Shown one piece after another: positions 56,853 to 64,000 of a stretch of DNA of 64,000 bases. The number at the start of each line of letters is the position of its first letter. Within the stretch, counting starts at the first letter, position 1. The translations under genes and the position numbers were made by a program. The notes under the pieces were generated by a model. The model saw nothing but the letters and a program-made list of their open reading frames with translations. It was not told the DNA's origin and did not search any database. Origin of the DNA: Vulcanimicrobiota bacterium (GTDB taxonomy: Bacteria > Vulcanimicrobiota > Vulcanimicrobiia > Vulcanimicrobiales > Vulcanimicrobiaceae); the NCBI GenBank assembly GCA_003135555.1, contig PLCF01000085.1, positions 64,001 to 128,000 of the forward strand, written 5' to 3'.

Positions 56853-56996
56853 CGGAAGCCGCTTCCGTGCATCGCGGCGCGCTTCATGCCGTCTCGATTG
56901 CGAAATCTTAACGATCGTCCAAGGGAGCAGAACGAGCGCTGCCGAACCGAAAAGCCCCGCATCGAGGGTATGCGGCGCGCACGGGGGTTTTCGCTG

Positions 56997-58061
56997 ATGC
57001 TTGGCAATGGCGAAGCGCTGACTTCGGACCGCGTGACGGCGGCGGGCCGGCCGGCGGGGCACTGGAAAGAGCGGCTGATCCATCGGTTCGGGGGCGCTGA
57101 AGCGCTGACGCCGTTCATCTTCGTGGTGGCCGGGTTCGTTGCGCTCACGATGCTCTTCGTACGGCTGCCCGCCACAGCCCGGCATTCCAAAGAATTCGAC
57201 ACGGCCATCGTCATCGCGACGGCGGTGCTGCTGGCCGGCCTCATCCAGGTGCTCACCGCGCTCGTGCGCTGGTGGAGCGTCAGCGGCGAGCGCAAGAAAT
57301 TCAACCTCTTCTTCGGTGGTGCGCCGATGCTGGGTGTCGTTCCGGACCTCTCGGCACCGGAGATCACGACGAATTGGAGCCCGCCCGGCAGCAACGGCGC
57401 GCATCCGAAAGGGACCACCGTCGTCCCGTTTCAGGATTTGCGTGCCGCGATCTGGATTGCAGAGCTCTTCGAAGAGTTCGACACGACCTTCACGATCATG
57501 CCCGATACATCTTTCGTGAACGGAACGCCGCCGCAGCGCGGATTTGTTGCGATCGGTCTCGGCTTCAATCGGCTAACGTACATGATGGCTGCCATGAGCC
57601 AGCTGTTCGAGATCCTCTATGCCGACACGGATGAGTGCAAGGACGACTTCAAGCTCGATGGTGTCAAGCACGAAGAACCGTCTGCTACGCGTGACTTCGC
57701 GCTGATCGTGCGCGTGCCCGTGACGATGAATCAGAAGGTGGCGCCCTCGTTCGTGTGTGCGGGCCGCACGGCGGAGGGGACCGCCGCCGCAGGCTACTTC
57801 TTGAAGAATTCCTGGCGTCTGCTCTGTGCGATATACGAAAAAGAGCGGCTGCGCTTCGCGGAAGACGCGCTTGCCGTCGAGCTCGTATATACGCCGGGCG
57901 TGTTCATTCAGTCCGAAATTCGGAAGCACGTGTTCGGCCCCGTGAATCGCGTTGCCCCAGCCTCCCAGCGGGCGGCGGTCGAGCCGGCTCCATGCGCGGA
58001 AGTCAGAGCGGCCGAAGACCCTGAAGCGATGGTGGTTCCGAGCACGAACGGAGCGGGCTGA
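56997..58061 (+). CDS. 2-TM membrane protein with unknown soluble domain
   Basis: Two TM helices then DFALIVRV...FVCAGRTAEGTAAAGYFLKNSW; start uncertain. Confidence 0.65.
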   Translation: MLGNGEALTSDRVTAAGRPAGHWKERLIHRFGGAEALTPFIFVVAGFVALTMLFVRLPATARHSKEFDTAIVIATAVLLAGLIQVLTALVRWWSVSGERKKFNLFFGGAPMLGVVPDLSAPEITTNWSPPGSNGAHPKGTTVVPFQDLRAAIWIAELFEEFDTTFTIMPDTSFVNGTPPQRGFVAIGLGFNRLTYMMAAMSQLFEILYADTDECKDDFKLDGVKHEEPSATRDFALIVRVPVTMNQKVAPSFVCAGRTAEGTAAAGYFLKNSWRLLCAIYEKERLRFAEDALAVELVYTPGVFIQSEIRKHVFGPVNRVAPASQRAAVEPAPCAEVRAAEDPEAMVVPSTNGAG

Positions 58062-58091
58062 GGCACACCCGATCGCGGCGAATGGCGCGTG

Positions 58092-59111
58092 ATGCCGTTC
58101 AGCACGACGATCGCCGGGAGTCTTCCGAAGCCCGCCTGGCTGGCCGAACCCGAACGCATCTTTCCGACCTGGCGGCTCGAAGGCCCCGACCTCGCCGACG
58201 CGCAGCGTGACGCAACGCGGATCGCCGTTTCGGAGCAGCTCCGCGCGGGGATCGAGACGGTAACCGACGGCGAGCAGTCACGGCGGCATTTCGTGCACGG
58301 GTTCGCCGAGCGCCTCGGCGGCGTCGACGCGCTCAAGCGCCAGAACCGCGGCATCCGCGACGACCGCTACGACGCCGTGTGCCCGACGGTCACCGGCGAG
58401 ATTCGCCGCACGGCGCCGATCCACGTCGAGGAGATGCGCTTCGCGCGCACGCTGACCGACGGTCCGCTCAAGATCACCATCCCCGGCCCGATGACGTTGG
58501 TGGATACGGTCGTCGACGAAGCGTACTCAAGCCGCGCCGAGCTCGGATTTGCGTTCGCGCGCGCGATCCGCGATGAGATCGCCGACCTCATCGCCGTCGG
58601 GATCGACGTCGTGCAGCTCGACGAGCCGGCCTTCAACGTGTACTTCGACGAGGTCGCGGCGTGGGGGATCGACGCGCTCGACACCGCGCTGAGCGGAGCC
58701 TCGTGCGCAACCGCGGTGCACGTCTGCTACGGGTACGGCATCCCGGCCAACGTGCAATGGAAGGCCAACCTCGGGGAGCGCTGGGACCAGTACGCGCACG
58801 TCCTGCCGCTGCTCGCCAAAAGCCAAGCCGAGCAGATCTCGATCGAGCTGGCCGGTTCGCACGTACCGGCCGAGGTGCTCGCGCTCGCCGGCGACAAGAT
58901 CGTCGCGGTCGGCGTCATCGACGTCGCGAGCGAGCGCGTCGAAACGCCCGACGACGTGCGCGCGACGATCGAGCTGGCGCGGCGGTACCTTCCCGACGAG
59001 CGCATCGTCTGCTCGACCAACTGCGGCATGGCCCCGATGAACCGCGACGTCGCCTACGCAAAGCTGCGCGCGCTCGCCGAAGGCGCCCTGCTCGCGAGCG
59101 TCGGCCTCTAG
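58092..59111 (+). CDS. core (single-barrel) cobalamin-independent methionine synthase, MesD-like
   Basis: TTIAGSLPKPAWLA, TDGEQSR.HFV, PGPMT, QLDEPAFNVY, HVCYGYGI, STNCGM. Confidence 0.88.
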   Translation: MPFSTTIAGSLPKPAWLAEPERIFPTWRLEGPDLADAQRDATRIAVSEQLRAGIETVTDGEQSRRHFVHGFAERLGGVDALKRQNRGIRDDRYDAVCPTVTGEIRRTAPIHVEEMRFARTLTDGPLKITIPGPMTLVDTVVDEAYSSRAELGFAFARAIRDEIADLIAVGIDVVQLDEPAFNVYFDEVAAWGIDALDTALSGASCATAVHVCYGYGIPANVQWKANLGERWDQYAHVLPLLAKSQAEQISIELAGSHVPAEVLALAGDKIVAVGVIDVASERVETPDDVRATIELARRYLPDERIVCSTNCGMAPMNRDVAYAKLRALAEGALLASVGL

Positions 59112-59115
59112 CGGA

Positions 59116-59574
59116 TCATCGCGCCGGACGCTGCACTGCTTTCGGCACGACGCAAGTCCCTCGCGCGCGCACGACGAGAACCGGCTCGTCCAGCACGTCC
59201 GCCGCCGAGGGCGACTCGTCAGGGCGCGCGGCGATGACTTTGTGCGCTTCGAACTCCAGCGTGCGCGAGGTCGTACCGACCTTCGTGATGCGGCCGCGGG
59301 CTTCGATGTAGTCGCCCGCGTACACGGGTGCCTTGAACTCGACCAAATCGTACGCGACGAACAAGCCTTCGTCGCCGTCGTGACGGATCAGCAACTCGGT
59401 CGCGACGTCGCCGAACAGGCCCAGGATGCGCGCGCCGTCGACGAGGTTGCCGCCGTAGTGCGCATCGTGTGCGCTCATCCGCACGCGGATGATAACCTTG
59501 TCACCCTGACGCGTGTCACGCTCCGCGTGAGCCCCGTCGAAGGGGCCTACGCCGCCGTCTTCGCTTGTTGCCAT
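59116..59574 (-). CDS. kal: 3-aminobutyryl-CoA ammonia-lyase (hotdog fold)
   Basis: [57 protein letters not shown]...SAADVL.EP...GTCVVPK. Confidence 0.88.
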   Translation of the reverse strand: MATSEDGGVGPFDGAHAERDTRQGDKVIIRVRMSAHDAHYGGNLVDGARILGLFGDVATELLIRHDGDEGLFVAYDLVEFKAPVYAGDYIEARGRITKVGTTSRTLEFEAHKVIAARPDESPSAADVLDEPVLVVRARGTCVVPKAVQRPAR

Positions 59575-60743
59575 AGATCCTCGAGCTCGTCGAGCGTCAT
59601 CTCGTTGAGTTGGCGCCCGCTCGCGGTCGCGTAGGTTTCCATGTAGCGGAAGCGGCGCTCGAACTTCGCGTTCGCGTCGCGCATCGCGCCTTCGGCATCG
59701 ACCCCCAGCCGCCGCGCCAGGTTCACCACGGTGAACATCACGTCGCCGAGCTCCTCGCGCACGTGCGGGTCCTCGGGCTTGAGATCGCCGGCTTTGAGCC
59801 GCGCCTCGGCCAGCTCGCGCAGCTCCTCGGACAGCTTCTCGGTGATGTCGCGCGGGTCGGTCCAGTCGAACCCGACGCGCGCGGCTTTCTCCTGCATCTT
59901 TTGTCCGCGCTGCAGCGCCGCCATGTGCTGCGGGATTCCGTCGAGCTTCGACGTGCGCGACTGTCCGGCGGCTTCCTGGGACTTGAGCTGTTCCCAGTTC
60001 GCCCACACGGCCGCGACGTCGGCGACGGCGACGTCGCCGAAGACGTGCGGGTGACGGCGGATCATCTTGTTCGACAGCCCGTCGATCACGTCGGCGACGG
60101 AGAACTTCCCGCGCTCGGTCGCAAGTTGGGAGTGGAACACGATCTGGAACAGCAGATCGCCCAGCTCTTCGCACAGGTCGCCGTCGCCGCCGTGCTCGAT
60201 CGCGTCGACGACTTCGTAGGTCTCCTCGATGAGGTAGCGCACCAGCGATGCGTGGGTCTGCTCGCGGTCCCACGGGCACGAGCGGCGCAGTCGCGCCATG
60301 ATCTCGACGAGGTCGTCCCAATTGTGGTGCGTCGAACCCGGCGGGAGCGGGACGAGCGGCATCGTGATCGACGCCGAGAGCGTAGCGCGCGGCATCCCCG
60401 GGATGATCTCGGCGCCCACGCCGCGCCGGTCGAGCGCGCGCAACAGCATCGGCAGCCCCAGAAAATCAGAGAGCGGGTTCCCCAACACGCCCAAGCCGAG
60501 GTCGCGCTCGTCGACGCGCTCGACGAAACCGTCGATCACCTCGCTCGAGCCGCGCGAGAACAGTCCCTGGTCGGTGATCATCGTCCGTTCGATCACCACG
60601 CCGTCGCTTTCGAGGAAACGTACCAGCTCGGGCGGGGCGAGCACGGTCGCCGCACGGCCGACGGCGCGCAGCGACTCGCGGCTGCCCAACGTAAGAAGCC
60701 CCGGATCGCCCGGTCCGAGGCCCACGATGCGGATCACGCCCAC
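59547..60743 (-). CDS. mazG: nucleoside triphosphate pyrophosphohydrolase (YabN-like: methylase-like domain plus MazG)
   Basis: [52 protein letters not shown]. Confidence 0.93.
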   Translation of the reverse strand: MGVIRIVGLGPGDPGLLTLGSRESLRAVGRAATVLAPPELVRFLESDGVVIERTMITDQGLFSRGSSEVIDGFVERVDERDLGLGVLGNPLSDFLGLPMLLRALDRRGVGAEIIPGMPRATLSASITMPLVPLPPGSTHHNWDDLVEIMARLRRSCPWDREQTHASLVRYLIEETYEVVDAIEHGGDGDLCEELGDLLFQIVFHSQLATERGKFSVADVIDGLSNKMIRRHPHVFGDVAVADVAAVWANWEQLKSQEAAGQSRTSKLDGIPQHMAALQRGQKMQEKAARVGFDWTDPRDITEKLSEELRELAEARLKAGDLKPEDPHVREELGDVMFTVVNLARRLGVDAEGAMRDANAKFERRFRYMETYATASGRQLNEMTLDELEDLWQQAKTAA

Positions 60744-60800
60744 AACTTCGCGAGGCGGGGTCGATCCGACTCCCGCCTCGCGTGCTGTTGGGGCTGGGCG

Positions 60801-61799
60801 CTACTTCTTGGTAGCGGCCGGGGCGGGCGCGGCGCTGGCCGGAGCCGGCGCGGCGGTCGCGGCCGGGGTGGCCGGCGGTGTGGGCGCGCTCTCGGGGAAC
60901 GCGGCCTTGTAGCGGTCGTCGTAGACCTCGATCTTCGCGCCCGACCGCAGTTGCTGCAGGAACAGCGGCACTTGCTGCGCCTGCTGCTGCTGGGTAAGCT
61001 GCTGCTTGATCTGATCGTGCACGGCCGCGAGCGACGCCTTGGTAGCGGGCTTCTTTTCCTCGACCTGGATCACGTGATAGCCGAACGGCGATTTCACCGG
61101 CCCGATGATCTGGTTGACTCCGGCGGCGAAGGCGGCTTTCTCGAACGGCGCGACCATCTGGCCGCGACCGAAGAAGCCGAGCTCGCCGCCCTTGTCCTTG
61201 CTCCCCGGGTCGGTCGAATACTCTTTGGCCAAGGCATCCCAGTTGCCGCCGGCCTTGACTTTGGCGAGCACTTCCTTGGCCTTGCCTTCATCGACGGTCA
61301 GGATGTGGCGGGCGCGGATCTGCTCGGGCTTGTCGAACTGCGCGCGGTTCTTGTCGAAGAACGCCTTGATGTCGCTCTCGCTGATGTGGATCTGCGGGGC
61401 AATCGCCTTTTCGAGGATCAGCTGCTGCTTGAGGATCAGCTGAACGTCTTGTTCGGTGAGGCTCTGCTGCTTGAGGATCTGCTCGAACTGACCGGCCGGA
61501 AACTTGGCCTTGGTCTCGGTTTCTTTCTTGTCGATCTCGGCCTGGCTGACGTCGACTTTCTTGTCGCGCGCGTACTGATCGATGAGCGCTTGCTGAACCA
61601 TTTGGGTGAGGACTTGCTTTGCCGCGGGGCTGGACTCCAGCTTGTGGTCGAAGTCGGCGTGCGTTATCGCTTGCCCGTTGACGCTGGCGACGTTTCCGCC
61701 GGCGGAGCCGCCGCCGGTGGAGCTATTGTTGCACGCGGCGAGCGAGACGCAGAGCGCGATCGCGCTGAGGGCGGCAGCGCCGCGGTGAATACGGGACAT
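60801..61799 (-). CDS. prsA: PrsA-like parvulin peptidyl-prolyl isomerase lipoprotein
   Basis: Lipobox LAAC; ARHIL, LAKEYSTDPGS..KGGELG.F, MVAPFEKAAF, SPFGYHVI. Confidence 0.9.
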   Translation of the reverse strand: MSRIHRGAAALSAIALCVSLAACNNSSTGGGSAGGNVASVNGQAITHADFDHKLESSPAAKQVLTQMVQQALIDQYARDKKVDVSQAEIDKKETETKAKFPAGQFEQILKQQSLTEQDVQLILKQQLILEKAIAPQIHISESDIKAFFDKNRAQFDKPEQIRARHILTVDEGKAKEVLAKVKAGGNWDALAKEYSTDPGSKDKGGELGFFGRGQMVAPFEKAAFAAGVNQIIGPVKSPFGYHVIQVEEKKPATKASLAAVHDQIKQQLTQQQQAQQVPLFLQQLRSGAKIEVYDDRYKAAFPESAPTPPATPAATAAPAPASAAPAPAATKK

Positions 61800-61918
61800 C
61801 GGATCTCCGTCAGTAAGGACGACGTGGAAAAGGCGGCTGCCGTGTGAGTCCGCAGCGACCTGCCCCGGATTCGGGGCGCGCGGCGTCCCTCCTCCGGCGC
61901 TTTGCGGACTTCGCCGTT

Positions 61919-62461
61919 CTAGTCCGCCGGGAGCTCGCCGCGCGCCGGAGTCCGCTTTTCCAGCTGCTCGGCGACTTCGTGCGGGTCGGCCGGAAGGGTC
62001 AGCTCCTCGGCTTCGGGGTCCTGGCGATTGCGCACCGACGGCATGTCGTAGCGCAGCTCTTCGAGCAGCTGGATGAGCTTGGCGGCCTTGCGCTCGCCGA
62101 GCATGCTGATCTGCAAGTGCAGCCGGGAGCGCTGCTCCTGGATCTCGCTCATGCGGTTCTCGGTCGTCAGGATGAGGATGGTCATGAGAAGCGCCGCCAG
62201 CGCCACCACGCCGTCGAGCCAGAAATACGGCGGCGGGTCGATCTCGTGGTGCCCGGTTAGCCGCAGCGCGACGTTGAGCGCGATCCAGGCCGCCGCCGAC
62301 GCGATGATGATGTAGACCGTGCGCGGCCGGCCGATCGCCAGCGTGAAGCGTTCGATCGCTCGCTGGTGCAGCGACGCCGCCGCGAGCGCCTTGCGTTCGA
62401 GTTCGGCGATCGACTCGATCGCGTCGTCGACCTGACCGGGGAGACCGCCGTCGGGGTGCAC
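61919..62461 (-). CDS. DUF1003 domain membrane protein
   Basis: WIALN, IDPPPYFWL, ILILTTENR, ERKAAKLIQLLEELR; start uncertain. Confidence 0.8.
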   Translation of the reverse strand: MHPDGGLPGQVDDAIESIAELERKALAAASLHQRAIERFTLAIGRPRTVYIIIASAAAWIALNVALRLTGHHEIDPPPYFWLDGVVALAALLMTILILTTENRMSEIQEQRSRLHLQISMLGERKAAKLIQLLEELRYDMPSVRNRQDPEAEELTLPADPHEVAEQLEKRTPARGELPAD

Positions 62462-62538
62462 CAACGGTGAGTACCCGCTTGCCGGCCGGCGCACGCCTTT
62501 TGAAGGCTGCCGCAGGCCGTTCGGCGGATCGGCGTTCG

Positions 62539-64000
62539 ATGAGCGAGCCGGTCTTGCTGGTCCTGGGGCTCGCGGCGGCGGTCGCGTTCGCGATCGTCTC
62601 CAAGCGGCTCGGGGTTCCGTACCCGATCGTGTTCGTGCTCGCGGGCGCCGCGCTGGCGTTCGTGCCGGGGCTGCCGCCGGTGCGCATCGCGCCCGACTGG
62701 ATCTTCCTGTCGATCCTGCCGCCGCTGCTCTTTAGCGGCGGCTGGACGACCGACCTGACGCTCTTTCGCGCCAACCTGCGGCCGATTCTGTTGCTGGCGG
62801 TCGGACTGGTGGTCGCCAGCACTGCGGCGGTCGCGCTGCTCGCGCACGCCGTCGTCCCCGGGCTGGGCTGGGCCGCCGCTTTCGTGTTGGGCGCGATCGT
62901 CTCGCCGACCGATGCGATCGCCGCGATCGCCACCTTCGAACGCTTCGCGGTCCCGCGCCGCATCGTCGCGATCCTCGAAGGCGAGGGCCTCGTCAACGAC
63001 GCGGCGGCGCTGGTGATCTACGCCTACGCGGTCGGCGCCGTCGTCGCCGGCGGGTTCTCGCTGCTCGACGCTGCCGGTTCGTTCGTCGTCGTCGCGCTGG
63101 GCGGCATCCTGGTGGGGATCGCGATCGAGTGGTGCGTCGAGCGGCTCGCGCGCGTGCTCGACCGGCTCGAGTTGAGCGATTCGCTCATCGACAACTTGAT
63201 CATCATCGCCACCCCCTATGCCGCGTATCTGAGCGCCCAAGCGCTGCACGTCTCGCCCGTGCTGGCCGCGGTCGTCGCCGGGATCCAATTGGGGCGGCGC
63301 TCGGCCGTCATCTACTCGCCCGAGACGCGGCTCGTCGGCGAGAACGTCTGGCGGTTGTGGATCTACGTCATCAACGCGTTCGTCTTCATGGCGATCGGCC
63401 TGCAGCTGCGCGGTTTCGTGCACGGCGGCGCGCACGCGGCGGCGGCCCTGCTGCCGGCCGCGCTGGCGATCAGCGTGGTGCTCATCGTCGTGCGGCTGCT
63501 GTGGATCTTCCCGATGGCCTGGCTGCCGCGCGCGCTGATACGCCGGCTGCGCCGCGACGATCCGATGCCGCCGCTCGCCGACGTCGCGCTGATCGGCTGG
63601 ACCGGGATGCGCGGCATCGTCTCGCTCGCGGCGGCGCTCGCGATTCCGTTGTACGCGATGAACGGCGCGCCGTTCCCGGCGCGCGACGCCATCGTCTTCA
63701 TCACCTTCGTGGTGATCTTCGTGACCTTGGTCGGACAAGGGCTCACGCTCGCCCCGCTGGTGAAGTGGTTGCGGCTCGGACGCGAAGGCGACGGCGAACA
63801 ACGCGAGATCGAGGTCCGCGTCGCGGCGCTCGAAGCCGGCGTCGCCAAACTCGACGAGTTGCGCGCTGCGGCCCACAGCGACGCCGAGCACGAAGTGATC
63901 GAACGGCTGCGCGACGAGTACGTGCACCGGATCGATCACCTGCGGTCGCATCGGCCTCAGGCGCAGCCGCATGAAACCGCGGCGAGCCGCTTCGACCACG
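62539..64000 (+). CDS. Na+/H+ antiporter, CPA1 family (3'-partial)
   Basis: VPYPIVFV, LPPLLF, LGAIVSPTDAIA, ILEGEGLVNDA, WTGMRGIVSLAAALAIP. Confidence 0.93.
   Translation, partial: MSEPVLLVLGLAAAVAFAIVSKRLGVPYPIVFVLAGAALAFVPGLPPVRIAPDWIFLSILPPLLFSGGWTTDLTLFRANLRPILLLAVGLVVASTAAVALLAHAVVPGLGWAAAFVLGAIVSPTDAIAAIATFERFAVPRRIVAILEGEGLVNDAAALVIYAYAVGAVVAGGFSLLDAAGSFVVVALGGILVGIAIEWCVERLARVLDRLELSDSLIDNLIIIATPYAAYLSAQALHVSPVLAAVVAGIQLGRRSAVIYSPETRLVGENVWRLWIYVINAFVFMAIGLQLRGFVHGGAHAAAALLPAALAISVVLIVVRLLWIFPMAWLPRALIRRLRRDDPMPPLADVALIGWTGMRGIVSLAAALAIPLYAMNGAPFPARDAIVFITFVVIFVTLVGQGLTLAPLVKWLRLGREGDGEQREIEVRVAALEAGVAKLDELRAAAHSDAEHEVIERLRDEYVHRIDHLRSHRPQAQPHETAASRFDH

Noticed and set aside
56949..56993. 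Hairpin CGAAAAGCCCCG...CGGGGGTTTTCG as ncRNA or terminator
   Set aside because: Imperfect stem with a large loop in a divergent promoter region; insufficient support.
59610..63999. Long antisense ORFs (59610-61847 +, 62257-63999 -)
   Set aside because: Mirror frames of mazG, prsA and the antiporter caused by high GC3; no motifs.

Overview
GC-rich bacterial chromosomal window, about 65 CDS, no rRNA, tRNA, CRISPR array, integrase or transposase seen. Firmicute-like housekeeping genes (ileS, lspA, rluA, tgt, lgt, yggS-sepF-divIVA, whiA-gap-pgk-tpiA-gpmI, YabN-like mazG, prsA, csaB) sit alongside outer-membrane beta-barrel proteins. That mix suggests a diderm Terrabacteria lineage such as Ca. 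Eremiobacterota/Vulcanimicrobiota (inference only). Highlights: (1) a 45-aa secreted pro-peptide gene missing from the ORF track (45742-45879), with RBS, terminator and upstream palindrome, directly before a TPR-like/LuxR-HTH regulator: a candidate peptide-signalling system with an architecture unlike RRNPP. (2) A Cyc2-like cytochrome-porin, type-1 copper lipoprotein, SCO chaperone and two-component system, linked by a 47-bp operator found twice plus a half copy. (3) An unassigned structured RNA with terminator in the leader of a DUF5693-csaB operon. (4) SARP-type 11-bp-spaced repeats at a DUF1059/methyltransferase promoter near a BTAD regulator. (5) A ~172-bp diverged duplication of the flagellar rod gene junction beside an XRE-RelE toxin-antitoxin pair. 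(6) A cluster of frameshifts in lgt and yggS, probably sequencing error. All family assignments come from motifs recognised by eye; no database searches were run.
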